From contig JYFJ02001494.1 in the NCBI GenBank assembly GCA_000934665.2, positions 1-64,000 of the forward strand: DNA of 64,000 bases, read 5' to 3'. Below, in pieces: positions 1 to 12,690 of this stretch; position 1 is the stretch's first letter, and every line of letters begins with the position of its first letter. The DNA comes from Catajapyx aquilonaris (taxonomy: Eukaryota). The position numbers were made by a program, and so were the translations under genes. The notes beneath the pieces were generated by a model. That model searched no databases, was not told the DNA's origin, and saw only the letters and a list, made by a program, of their open reading frames with translations.

Positions 1-87
1 TCCTCTCACATCTGACGGCAGTGAGGTTGTAAAGAAATTCAGCGATGTAAACTGCTTCTAACGGTCCATTCTCTCGTCGTTCCCCAG

Positions 88-1538
88 GCGAGCCAACAAT
101 GTTAGACGTGGGTGCGTACCCTTATTCTGACCCTAGACCTGACCTGTACCCTGACGTGTGGACCAACCATCACGGCCGCCCTCTGCTCATGTCCCTACCA
201 ATCGTGTTCATGTTCGACCTGGACCTGGACAACATCCGGTCACGACTGGACAGGGACGGACCGGGCAGCCTGTACATACTCGAGCGATACGTCCTCGCCC
301 TCTGCGACATGCTCAATTCGACTCTCCTGGTGACATACGCAGAAGCCGGTACGCAGGGCCAGTTCAGGTACGCCAACGGAACATGGACCGGTACACTGAG
401 CGACATCCAATCCGGACGTGTCCAGATGAGCCCCGTCGTATTCAACACTGACGATTCCCTGGAGGACTTCCTGCTGACCGTCCCCACCTTCTCAGAGCAA
501 CTCGTGTTCCTGACTCGCACACCAGGGTCCATCATGGACTGGGCCGTGTTCTTCCTCCCGTTCAGACCCTCAATGTGGGTCTTTGTCACAGGGGCCAATT
601 TGTTGGTCGGGTTCACCATAGGGCTTGTCCTGACAGTCGAGAAAGGTTCCAAGTCGGGCACAGCAGTGTTCGAGAGTGTCAGATACGTGGTTCGGTTCAT
701 ACTGGAGCAGCCCATGCCCATCAGGATGGGCGTCAACACAGCCTTACACATGCTCCTGCCCGCGTTCTTCGCCTACTGCCTGATCCTGTCCAACGCGTAC
801 AAGACCAAGCTCCTGTCCCTCTTGACCAGCCCGCATCCTGAGGGCGTTCCAGGAACATTCCAGGATCTACTGAACCACTACCCGCCTGGCGACCCTGACC
901 ACTACAGATGGGGCATGTCTACTCTGGAGTACCTGCTTCTGTACCGGATTGGAGACAGGTCTGGCAATCCTGATTACATCAGACTGGCCAATGAAGGAGA
1001 AGTGTTTGCGTCGCCTGAGGAATGCATGAGAGAAGCTCAGAAAGGTATATATATGGTTATAGGTTATTTGCTTGATCCAGACTAATATTCTGGAACCTTT
1101 CCAGTCAGATACGCCTGCATAAATCTCACTTTCTTCACACGTATTCACCGAATCGAGCTGTACAACAGGCAGGGTAAGCTGGAGGTGGACTTGTCCAGGG
1201 ACCGGATCGGGTTCGGACACGTCGGAGCAGCCGTTGGTCGAGGTGAGGTGTGGGCCAATCGGGTGCTGAGACTGGCCTCGCAGGCGCTGGAAGGAGATCT
1301 GCTTGGCAAGTGGGAGAGGGACGAGACCTTCTCATTCTTCATACGGGCCAGGCACACCATGGACACCAAGCCCGTGTCCGAAAGGGACATGGTGTCCGAC
1401 CAGCTGGTCGATCTGTCCAAGCTGGCGGTCGCCTTCAGCATCTGGGCCATCATGCTGGGACTGGCCAGCCTCGTTCTCGTGTGGGAAATTGTCACCTGTC
1501 CTGGACACAATCGACACCATCACGTATTTTTGCCTTAA
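88..1538 (+). CDS. Divergent ionotropic receptor (IR-1), 5' end outside the window; exons 88-1044, 1105-1538
   Basis: S1-like segment (NGTWTGTLSDIQSGRVQM), M1 (FFLPFRPSMW), pore (FILEQP), M3 (LILSNAYKTKLLSLLT) and M4 (VDLSKLAVAFSIWAIMLG). GT-AG junctions are in frame and at the same positions as in IR-3. Confidence 0.88.
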
Positions 1539-1784
1539 TAATAATCTGGTTTAAAATATTATTCCAGGAAATGCAGCAGCCTGTAAAAGAAGTTGGGTCG
1601 ATTTTTGCGTCCAGTATGAAATAAAATACATGTTCTACTACAGTATTTATTTGCCCACGTAATTAACGTATACACTACATTGTATGTGACGAGTGGTGGC
1701 TAACACTAAATACCATATTTTCTAAGAGACACTCTACCTTGGAATTACCCCCAGACAATGGCTACTCTCGGTACACGTGCTGTA

Positions 1785-3680
1785 CTAAAATAAGAATACG
1801 TATTGATGCCTCTGTCGAAGTGAATAATAATGAATGATGAGTTCAGCGGCCATGACCACGGCACTGACGATGGAGCCTGCTATGAGGAGGTAGAAAGGAC
1901 CTTCCAAATTGTGCAACTTGAAAGGATCTGGACCCGATGCGTAACTGCCGCGTTTGTTGATTTTGGCTTTTGAAATGGCCCAGCTGTGCAGCCAGTGGAT
2001 TTCATCGGAGAGCCACTTGTACACCAGGCCTTTGTCTTGAAAGTTGAGCAGGACTTGATCAAACGCCGGCTTGTACATGTAGTCCTTCTGGAATCCGAAG
2101 CCCACCAGGGACATGAAGGCCGATTCGCTGCTCATGTGCACAGAAATGCTTCCGTCGACGCTGGTGAACTGGAAGAGGTAGTAGCGAGTGATGAGGCCTC
2201 TGAACCCAACGCAGGCTGTACGGTCCACCATGGCCTTTTCCATGCACACTGCATCATTCTTGAATATAACTGCTCGCTCGGCCAGACCCACAAACTCGGA
2301 AGAGTTTGAGTACCGAAATAGTTGAAGTAGGCTGGATTGGTCATTGTAGGACACTCCAACCTGGTAGTCAGACTTGGCCAGCTGGGTGAAAGTGGCCATC
2401 GGCACCTCCTTCAGGGGGGACACAACGAAGGAAACCATCTTCGTCTTGTACCCACACGACAGGATCATGACGGCAAAGACCCAGACGATGACAACCTGTC
2501 GAGTGGTGTCAGCCCGAGGGTACTTGGCCGCCTGCTCAGCCAGAATTGTGACCATGATCTGAAATGATCTGCCGAGAGTCATCTTGCCTCCATCAGACTC
2601 GGATGGCATGAAGAAAACGTAGACTCCAAGAGCGCATGCTGCCATGGTGCACATCAGGAGCATCCACATGGCAAGGGTGTAGGGTCGGACAATGGCCGTC
2701 CACGATGGCAGATTCTTGGGCGGAGATGTCACCAAAGTCACGTCGTCGAAGGAGTACGGCCAGCTGAAGTCGATCACTCGAAGTGAGTCGGGTGTGATGG
2801 TTTGAAAGAGGGACATGTTCACCTCTCCTGCAGCGATGGGACCCGCTGGTCCAACCAGGGTCTCATTCTGATATTGGATCTCGTCATTGTTTGAATAATT
2901 TAAGCATTTCCATGTCAAGTTCAGCCTCGAGGTGACCGCATCAAGTGTCTCGTAATAATGAATTGTCATCGAATTTTTCATCTTATTAGTTAAAAATTGG
3001 GCCTTGGTCCAATTCGACATCTGGCAGGCGACATTGACGCTCGAACCCTGCCCATTTCTGGTCCAGTCAGGAAACAGGTCCTCGATCTTATTCATCTGCC
3101 AAAATTGTTCCTCGAAGTACGACCCCACGGACAAGACCTCAGGTTCTCCGGCGTCGCAGTGAAAACACAGAGATCTGAAGTCAACGTACGTGTACTTCCC
3201 GAATTGCATCGCCTCCATTTCCACCTTGAACTTGAACTGACTGGTCTCCTCCAGCAGCATCGAAGAGAGAGACGACTCGCCCAGAGGATGAAGGAAGAGG
3301 AAATAGTCGTGCACTGTCCTCACTGCCACACTTTCCGACACAAACTTGGTCATGACTGACAGATTCTCTCGAGTGCTGGTGCTGATCAGGAACACGCTGC
3401 ACTGATGGTCCCTCTGTCTCACAGGCGACACTATTCGAGACCTGATGCTCTCGTTCTGAAGCCGCATTGTTGAATACGGACGAAACTTCCGCACCAAGTG
3501 TTTGTACACAGGTCCAAACGGGTCTATCGTTCCGTCATGTGCACAGGTCACGCTGCACTCTCGAAGAAATTTGGACACAACGTGGACTAGGGCGCGAGAA
3601 ATGGGGCTTTCACTCTCAAAGTCATTCGTGTAACGGCCCAAAGCAAATGTCATCAAACAAAGAAGAAACAAAAGCCTCAT
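1785..3680 (-). CDS. Intronless divergent ionotropic receptor (IR-2), 631 aa
   Basis: Single ORF with signal peptide, VIDFSWPY, IVRPYTLAMW (M1), ILAEQ, MILSCGYKTKMVSF (M3) and LHNLEGPFYLL (M4). Confidence 0.92.
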   Translation of the reverse strand: MRLLFLLCLMTFALGRYTNDFESESPISRALVHVVSKFLRECSVTCAHDGTIDPFGPVYKHLVRKFRPYSTMRLQNESIRSRIVSPVRQRDHQCSVFLISTSTRENLSVMTKFVSESVAVRTVHDYFLFLHPLGESSLSSMLLEETSQFKFKVEMEAMQFGKYTYVDFRSLCFHCDAGEPEVLSVGSYFEEQFWQMNKIEDLFPDWTRNGQGSSVNVACQMSNWTKAQFLTNKMKNSMTIHYYETLDAVTSRLNLTWKCLNYSNNDEIQYQNETLVGPAGPIAAGEVNMSLFQTITPDSLRVIDFSWPYSFDDVTLVTSPPKNLPSWTAIVRPYTLAMWMLLMCTMAACALGVYVFFMPSESDGGKMTLGRSFQIMVTILAEQAAKYPRADTTRQVVIVWVFAVMILSCGYKTKMVSFVVSPLKEVPMATFTQLAKSDYQVGVSYNDQSSLLQLFRYSNSSEFVGLAERAVIFKNDAVCMEKAMVDRTACVGFRGLITRYYLFQFTSVDGSISVHMSSESAFMSLVGFGFQKDYMYKPAFDQVLLNFQDKGLVYKWLSDEIHWLHSWAISKAKINKRGSYASGPDPFKLHNLEGPFYLLIAGSIVSAVVMAAELIIHYYSLRQRHQYVFLF

Positions 3681-4873
3681 TTTCGGTTATGTGCTCGTGC
3701 AAACGTCAGCCGCGATAGGACACTGTCTTTTGAATCATAGGATCCGGCTGCTCATTCCCTGTGAACTTATTGCAAACTTTTGCCAAATTGGAACAGAAGT
3801 GTCATTATAGCTTCTTCGAAAACAACCGTTACCTTGACTTATTATAGGCGCCTCATGGGCATTAATGTGATCCTATAGCATAGACGTATTTCCAAGAAGA
3901 GAATCAGTTACTTCCCAAGTATTTTTTTGCAACGAATGTGCGACTACGCAGCAGGTAGGATTTAATACGAGGTAACTGCACTCTAGCGACATTGCTCGTG
4001 TCAACCAACTTGTATGCCACTTTTTGATTGATTTCGGATTAAATAATACAGGCTCGGGCACAAAAAATGCCACTTTATTTCTAAGTAGTAATTGTCGGAT
4101 TCCGTTGGAAATGTGTGGTGAATGTCATATGGCTTGTTACTTACAATAACTTTTTGTTTCTTGGTATACGTTCCCAATACGTGGTTCATTGATTGGCGGT
4201 GATTATTGCGCCAAAGGGAAGGGGTTTTCTCACTGGCCCCTTCATTTTGGCCCACACTTTGTACATGCAGTGCTCTCTCATTACCACTCTTTCCACGGAG
4301 TTGACTGGAATTTTATTGATAGCCAGAATAAAGGTTAAAGACCTTTCTTTGTTACAACACAGAGAGGAAAAATTGAGACATAAATATTATAGTGATTGTT
4401 AGAGCTTAAAATCGCAGTATTTTTAGATGCGTAAATTATTTCCGACTGGTCAATTTTTTTAGTTTTGTTGTGGCGCAATCACTTCACGATGTAGATTAAA
4501 ACAACATACTGTATGTACAGTGCCATCATTTGGTTGGATAGCTAGTCTAATTGCTACTGTCAAGGCATCCTTGACATCAGCAGGACGTGTGGGCATGCGA
4601 CATGGCGTGACAAATGAACATAACGCCGCTAGTGCTGGTGTTAATAAGGTGTTTCTTCACATGAATTTGTGATCATTGATCACTATCAGATGTCTGTAGC
4701 TTAGGTTAGGTGTGCTTTCTTCGCCATATCTGCGCGAGTCGTTTGCTGCTAAACTTTCTACATTAAATCGTGACATACGTTAGAAACTACTTTTGTTTCA
4801 TTTGTGACGCTTTTAGTGATTCGCCTATAGGGCACGTACCGCAGGCTACAGGAGTTTTAAGGCATTCCTGATT

Positions 4874-7219
4874 GTGGTGCACTTGGTGACCATTGTGATA
4901 ATCGGTTGTCACGCCCATTCTCCAACCTTCAACAACAGCATGACCACCGAAGAACTACTGGTGACAGGGCTTGTTCGCGACCTGCTCTCTCCTGATTGCG
5001 GATTAGTGATGGCTAGTGATATTGGTGACATAGGACGCGTAATTTCCCATGCGGCAGCGACCCAATGGGCTTCATATAGGCCGGTGATGTCCTTCAGAAA
5101 AATAACCGATCCCGAACCTGTGACACCCGTTTCATTCACCAATTGGTCTCCCCTCTCTGGTGAATGGACCAGACGTCCATGTACTCTACACGTGATTATC
5201 CCAGAGTCACCAACTGGCACTGCTGAACTAGTGCTTTATCTCGCCAAGTTAGTGCGACTGGACAACCTGCGTCACCGATTCCTGATTCACCTGACCAGGC
5301 TCCCAGTGACGGACGAATTGGTGACTCATCCCGTCCAAGGCATACGGCTTAAATTGGTGACACATTACGAAGAAGCTGGACACCGACTAGGACTATCAAC
5401 AGTGTGCTTCTTCTGCCGAAATGGTCACTAAAATCAGCATATTCACTTTTTTTGCACATTAATCACGTGTATGTCCACATTGGCAATAATAATTGGTGTA
5501 GACTTTCATAGATCCTTAATGTCATTCAGTAGGCCTAGCGGTTGAATTTGTAGAATTACTTTTCCTTCCTGAAAGACAGTCAACAAAATTTTAGAACATT
5601 TGCAAGTGCCTGGACATGCACTGACCAAGTCCACAGTCCAAAATGGTCCAGATTGTTTACTCCAGTAACCAGATCGCATGGACTGTGGCATGTGCCAATA
5701 AAAGAACCATTGTTAGCAATATAGAACTGGTTCCCAACTCATTGTCTTCCAGGCGAGCCGACACTACTGGACCTGGGTTGGTACCCAGGCAGTACCAACT
5801 CTTCGGACATGTACTACCCCGACGTGTGGTCCGACATGCATGGGGGCCAACTGCGCGTTTCGTTTCCCGACTGGTTCTCGCACAAGCTAGACCTGGAGGA
5901 ACTCCGGAAACGGTTGTCCCTCGAAGGAGAAATCACCACCGCGACTATTCCGCACTTCATGTACAGCCTGTGCTTGCACCTGAACTCCACCATTCTTGTG
6001 ACTCTGACCCAAGCTGCTGGTGCAGAGTACGAGGTGAAGCAAGACAACGGTACGTGGGCAGGACCGATCAGGGACGTCCAATCGGGCAAGTCGCATTTGT
6101 CCGGAATGAGCTTCATAACGGAACACACCAGCGTCGAATTCGAAATGTCTCCTTCGCTCATACACGAGGCAATCGTGTTCGTGACACACTCACCGCGACC
6201 GATCGTAGGATGGTTCGCTGCAGTGGATCCCTTGAGCCCTCAACTGTGGGTCGTGTTCATGGGCACCAACATGATGGTCGGAGTCATTCTGGGAGCGATA
6301 ATCATGATTGAGCAACGGGACCAACAACAGACGATGTCTGGCAACATGTACGAGGGATTAAAGTACGTGGTGCGATTCATATTGGAGCAGCCCATTCCAA
6401 TAAGGGTGGCCCACATGTCCGCAGTTCACGTGCTGCTCCCTTTCTTTTTCTTCTTCATACTGATCATGTCCAATGCGTACAAGACCAAGCTGCTGTCAGT
6501 GCTGGCCAGTCCTGAGCGAGAGGAGGTGCCAGTGACGTTCAAGCAGCTTCTGGACTGTCCGCCCGGCCACCCTGGTTATTACGAGTGGGCAGGGACGATA
6601 GTGGAGACGTTAATTCTGAGCAGGATCGGCGTGATGACAGGGACCGACGATTACGTCAAGCTGGCTGCTGCACACACGATGCCGAATACCCTGAAGTGCA
6701 TGGAGGCCGCGCAGAAAGGTATATACCAGCATGGCTTCGTTTATTGCCACGTTTAATATCTGCGTTTCAGGTCATCAGTTTGCGTGCATCGTCCTGTCCA
6801 TATTCATGCGTCGCAACCTGCCCTCGTTCTACGACCACCGGGGCAACCTTGACCTGTCCGTGTCCCGAGACCAGATCCCGTTCGGACAGTTTGGAACAGG
6901 GGTCGGTCGAGGTGAGGCGGTGTCCCCTCGAGTGTTGTCCTTCGTCAGAAGGCTGCAGGAGGGAGGTCTGATAGAACTGTGGATCAGACACGAGGAGTTC
7001 ATGGCCTTCATCGGGTCCAGAAGGGCCATATTCGCAGAAAGGCCAGTGGCCACGGAGAAGGACTTGATGGGAGAGCAGATGGTTGATCTGACCAAGCTGG
7101 AGGCCATTTTCGCCACCTGGGCCCTCATGCTGGGCCTGGCGTCCATCTTGTTCTGCTCAGAACTTGTTTCCACCAGTTCGTCATCCAGCAATAGACAACA
7201 AGGAACTTACTTGCCGTAA
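4874..7219 (+). CDS. Divergent ionotropic receptor (IR-3); exons ~4874-5423, 5753-6718, 6771-7219; true start unresolved
   Basis: Spliced frame reads CFFCRNG|EPTLLDLG...YPDVW...FILEQP...SNAYKTKL...AQKG|HQFAC...; close paralog of IR-1. No in-frame ATG precedes the hydrophobic leader, so a small upstream exon is likely. Confidence 0.85.
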
Positions 7220-7960
7220 AGCAATGCTGTGTCATGTGGGGAAAACCCGATAAACTTTAGGCTAAACAGAGTTCGAACCATCTGACAAGAAAATTGAAAG
7301 AAAATATTTTTCACGAAAAAATTGCTAAAGTTTAGTCCAATTTTATGATCCCGGATTATTGTAAGTAGCTCAGACAAAAGATGCAGCCATTTCTTGTCTA
7401 ACCATTTCTGAGAGGGCCAGTGAACCACTCGAATGTAAAGCGTACCAAATTCAAGGCGTACCAAAGAGTAAGGGACCTAAGGAGTACTTGATGGGAGTGC
7501 TGCCACTGCGTATGTATACACCGGAGTACCAAAGAGGTTAACCCCTTGGTGAAAACGCTTTACAATCAAATATTCCTTTACAACTTTTCGAATAAATTCG
7601 TCTAGTGATGATTTGCCGATCATTACTTTTGTAGACACGGCAATATATTTGGCGAATAATAAGTTGTTAGTGATTATTGTTGTGCAGACAAAGTTCGGTT
7701 ATTTTGCCATAAAGTGTGTTTGCCAAATTGCCTTTTCGCCACATATAATGATCGCCATTATTTTATGGCGCGTACTCCGCGTTACGTCAAGAACATAATT
7801 TCCGCAGGTATCGCCTTTTCCTTCTTTTTTTTAAATTTTTATTCGTGCCTCTTTTCCCCCACCGTCCATAAACTGTACATCAGCAATAGTAGTTCACATA
7901 CAGTGTCTCTCATGCACTGTTGCACCCTAGCATTGCAGTGGATTCATTGCTCTTCTTCAT

Positions 7961-8623
7961 TCAGCCTACAAATTTGTCCACATGTTGATTGCACGGCTCG
8001 GTCTGAAAATAAAACGTGAGTGTCATTCTGTAATAATTAATAAGTTATGCATCGCGCATAATATTATATGAATGAGAGCTACGCACCTACGCTGATCGGT
8101 GAAAGAGAAATGTTGAGATGGGTTGTAGTAATAGGGAATAGTTCCTTACCGTGGTGAGTTCCTTCAAAGCCTCTTCCATGACTGACACTTCCGGGTTATT
8201 CGTCTTCTTGAGGATTGGCATGGCGCATTTGTAGTAGTCCCAGCCAGCTCTGATGGCGAGAGTGATGGGGAACGCGTTTGGTTGTCATAATAGGGTTGGC
8301 ATGTCGGATTACGCTGTGCACGTACAAAGAGTGACTTACATGCAGTCGAGAAGGGTGAGCTCCTCTTCCGTCATCTTTCCCTCGCCTTCCTCGTGCGCCT
8401 CCGCAGCTTCACCCGCTGCGTGGATGCAGACGTCGAGCTCTCCCTGTTCGTCGTCGGCTCCAGCCAGGGACAAGCACGAAGACGCCACAGTAGTTACTAA
8501 TGGCCGGGTATAATAATATTATATAACGAGAGACGGCATCAGGGGTTAGGGCTTCAAGGGTTAATATTACTTGCACATATTAATAAGGAGACGCTGGAAG
8601 TGGCGATGACTAGCGTGGGACAC
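7961..8623 (-). CDS. Secreted 4-Cys family member 1; exons 8623-8571, 8496-8340, 8249-8150, 8002-7961; start exon not found
   Basis: ...CPTLVIATSSVSLLICAITTVASSCLSLAGADDEQGELDVCIHAAGEAAEAHEEGEGKMTEEELTLLDCIAGWDYYKCAMPILKKTNNPEVSVMEEALKELTTTEPCNQHVDKFVG*; intron phases 1/2/0. Confidence 0.72.
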
Positions 8624-9490
8624 CTGTTTATTTTATCTTTTATTTTGTCAAAGGACTCAGATGAGTACTCAGAATATTCACATACTTTCGGTGAAAAAAA
8701 TAAATCGTGGGATTTTTTAAATGCAATATTTCAGAATTTTAAAACAAGCAATAAGCAAATAAATATATTATAATTATTATGGCGTCAATTACTAACGAGT
8801 TTAGAGGCACTGTATACATGCCAAAGTTCAACTGAAAGCACAATCATATACGAGTAATGTACTGGAGAAATGTGATGCGTTTAAACTAATAAGTAGAAGT
8901 GCGCTTTTTGGAATGCATTATTGTTATTCTTCCGCGAATGGGATGGATTATTCTAACAGAAAGTGTGGCCATGCAATTGGCCTACATTAATTAGGCTTGG
9001 AATTTTTTTAGATCCAAATAACTTATTATTAAAAATCTGAAATATGCCATTTTTAACGACATTTTTCTCCTTCAAAGTAATCGTTTCAGGTCTCATCAAT
9101 AAATTATAGCACAAGAATATTGTTTTCTGAATCGATTTGTTGAATTGGGACATGAGTATTTCGACTGACTAAATAGTGTTAAATTTCAAAAATGCATTAA
9201 CTCTATTGAATTACTCTTATTGCGTGCTTTCATTTGACTTATACTGTAGGTAAGTCATGTGTATAAGCCTACCTCTGTGTTCTTCTGTAATAAAAGAAAT
9301 ATTCTAGACATCATTTCAGTACATGTCGTTGTTTTCTATAGCCTGCATTTGTGACGAATTCTATTGAAAAATCGTAAATTTAGCAATTTAGTGAGGTCAC
9401 TATTAAATTTTCACCGACATTCTAAGAGTTTGAGTTAGATACAACGAACGGTTTTGACATGAAGACCACACATAATCCGACAAAATATTT

Positions 9491-9661
9491 CTGCCGTCAG
9501 ATGTAAGAAGACCGCAACTCAAAAACCAGTAAGGGTGAAAGTCGCATGTATGCCCTGCACTAATCCCCCCTGACTCAGAGGGGATTTGTGCAGGGCGTGC
9601 ATGCGACTTTCACCCTTACTAGTTTTTGAGTTTAATACGGTCTTCTTACATCTGACGGCAG
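9491..9661. mobile_element. Palindromic MITE, family P
   Basis: Near-perfect fold-back ctgccgtcagatgtaagaagacc...ggtcttcttacatctgacggcag; other copies at 46598-46762 and (end only) 1-21. Confidence 0.85.
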
Positions 9662-9893
9662 ATTCGTATTTGTATGCAACACCGAGCCTACTGTTTTGGT
9701 CTTTACAAAACGCTCATTCACCAGCCAGCAGTCCGATATGATGGAGTTATACCAGAAATAGTTCTGGACCGACACAAACTCGACAAACTTACTAACATTA
9801 ATACCGATATGGTTAAAATGAGATCATTTGAAGACCTCGGGGGAAGAACAATCAGGTGAAAATGAGTATTCAAATTTTAAATTTCGAAGGCCC

Positions 9894-9896
<3 letters not shown>

Positions 9897-9959
<63 letters not shown>

Positions 9960-10270
9960 TGTAATAATTGTGGGGGTAGTGCTCACCCTCAGGGTATCTG
10001 CACGGACCTTTATTTATTCTTTATAGTACAATCGTACATCGGAACCTTTAACGAAGCGTCCCGGGCCCACGGGTAGGGTGACAGGAGGGGATGTGCAAAG
10101 TGCGTGGTCGGTCCCCGGGTGGTTTAGTCTAAGGAAATACCACCCAAGACGAAGCCAGAGACGACCTAAACTCTGCCCGAGATGAAGGGGGTGTCCCCGG
10201 GCTGGGATCGAACCCGGGAGCCTTAACATCCGTGGGCGCATACGTTACCGCAGCGCCACTCCGCCTCCTC
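9897..10270 (-). mobile_element. tRNA-derived SINE, family A, with (ATT)n tail
   Basis: Reverse-complement homolog of 49186-49561; B-box GGTTCGATCCC; flanking direct repeat cgaaggYccataa. Confidence 0.85.
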
Positions 10271-11336
10271 CGAAGGTCCATAAGATTATAATCGCAACAC
10301 CCACTTCAATAATAACTTATGATCATTACTCCACAACCACGACCAAACCATCATATTCTACACTATAATGAAAAGTATTTTCCGAGATATGTAACTCATT
10401 TTTTGACACAAAGTGGACCTTGATCGTTCTTCCTCCGAGGTCTTGATTTTACAGACATCCCAATGTACATGATATTGCAAAGATTTTTCCAAGTACCCAC
10501 AACTTAAAAGTAAATTTACAATACGACTGGATTTAACTGAGTTATAGTGTGATGCTATTTAGGATAAATGGCCTTATAAGAAGCTGATAGTGTCAAAAGA
10601 ATACATATCGTACCTAAAAAGAGTATCCAGGTTTTCATTGCGAACTTTCCGAGGCAAAATCCAATCAGGAAATGAATCAAGGTCATGCTTTTACCAGTAT
10701 TTATTGTTTTTACTAGTTATGTAAAGGAAATAAAATAAACACTATGTCTACAAATCTCCAGTGTGACTGCTGGTTAGTGCAGCTTCTATTCGCTGTCGAT
10801 AGACCTACACCGGATATATCTCCTTCAATGAGTAGTAAAGTGCGCCTGAACAATGCAGCTTATCTCTTGCTTCACAACCTATTGTGAGCGCATTACGATT
10901 AATTCCGTATAGTCAACTTTGCAGCAGTTGAAACTTCCTACAGTGCTGCACCTATAGAATACATGCTGGTGTTACAGTGTACGAGATGTTTCAAATAATG
11001 CTGTTTCATGCTAACATCTATAAGCAATGTTTATTAGTCTGAATAACTGCAACAACAGTCATGGATATCCAACAATGCAGTCATTCCGATGATTGTCGCT
11101 CTTCGCCTGGGATGCAGTCGAGTTATTCCTTTTCTGTGTGGTGCCGCATTCACATTATGATGTGCATCTCGCACCTTTGCTGTTGGGGGCGAAATGCAAA
11201 GGAGAGTGTTTAGCAGCAGACACATTGACTTATAGAACAATTCCAACAGCGCTGTGATGTAGAGAAATATTAATAATAAGTCCATTCATGAATTCGTAAA
11301 TATTTTGAGGATTCTTGGGGTTAATTCTCTCATTAT

Positions 11337-12277
11337 TCAAATCCAGAAAAAATCATCATTGCAGAGCAGCTATCTATGATATTGCAAAAATGTGTCGTTT
11401 GTGCAGCATTGTAATAAATGTGAAATTTTTTACTGGATCTAACACAAGGAGAATGGTCAACTCACTTTGATAGTGGCCTTGACGTTTTCCAGTTTCTTCA
11501 TTACCTTCTCCTTGTACTCAGATCTCTTCAGCGCATTGTATTCCTTTTCCAGGCAGTGCAAGTAGTGCTCCTCGTCTCTGAAAACATGGTCAAAAATATT
11601 ATTACGAACTCATTTGAGGGCGATTATTCAAGTGAAACAGCCAACAAAGCACATTTCGTGATAATAATTACGCGCAGATGTAAATTTCTACGAGTTCATG
11701 ATCCTTTTCCTGTTCGGCAATCCTTCTTGACTTCAGGTAACGTTCGTAACAGTCATGTACGCTGCCTTCAACCATCAAACACACTGTAAAATTATTGCAG
11801 GAGGAATAAAATTAACGAATAAATTCAAAAAAATCATCGAGCGACAGCAAGATAATTGTAGCAATTGCAGAAATCATACAACTGCATAAATTCCATGTCG
11901 CAATGTGTTTATAATATTTCTACCTAACAGTGTAAATCTTGAATATATTGAAAATCACTTCTCCAGGGTGTTTCACTGTCACAATATCCAAGAAGATATA
12001 GAAGGGCAGTAGTTATGGGATACAGCGAGAGAAAGTTATGGGTTTTGAAATGGATAACAACCCATTATAATGACCACATTCACTTGGAGTGATTATTATT
12101 GCTTCTCTTTCAAATGTTTTCTGTGGCAAAAAATCCCAGATATTCATCCCACAATATTCGCACTACACCGATGTGCAAATAACAATGTGAACGCAAAAAG
12201 CTGCTGAGAAATATCGTATAGTGAATGTTGCATTACTCACCCAATAAAAATGCGAGGATGCCTGTGAAACCCTTCAT
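11337..12277 (-). CDS. Secreted 4-Cys family member 2; exons 12277-12241, 11783-11672, 11577-11466, 11369-11337 (last exon tentative)
   Basis: MKGFTGILAFLLVCLMVEGSVHDCYERYLKSRRIAEQEKDHELVEIYICADEEHYLHCLEKEYNALKRSEYKEKVMKKLENVKATIK(LLCNDDFFWI*). Confidence 0.8.
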
Positions 12278-12690
12278 GATTTCACTTTAGTGTGGTAAAT
12301 GACATACATGCAATTCAACAAACAATTACTGCAGATAACTAATATCTACAGAAATATCCAATGCGTAATTGGTTATCTATCTTAATTTCCGGTTACGCAA
12401 TGGGATAACAACGGACAGACAAAATGCAGATTTATTTACGCTGATGTGAAGCGTGCTGGTGCTCGATAACGATTATGTATAGCTATTATCTGGTACTCCA
12501 GTAAATTTTGCGTCGATTGCTAAATATAAGGACCCAGTATATGTCTTGGTAATAAAATAATGTGCCTTGAAAATTGCTGATATCGTGTCATTTATTTATG
12601 AAGGCCTTACAGAACAAGCGCATGCTTTCGAATCGTTTTCATCGTGACAATTTTAAATAGATCTTGTGATATATTGTGACGTCACTCAGC

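Noticed and set aside
170..7191. Long antisense and alternate-frame ORFs over the IR genes
   Set aside because: Shadows of GC3-rich coding sequence.
7927..7965. Alternative last exon of member 1 with in-frame TGA at the Cys4 position (selenocysteine idea)
   Set aside because: A stronger acceptor at 8003-8004 gives TEPC..., supplying Cys4 normally.
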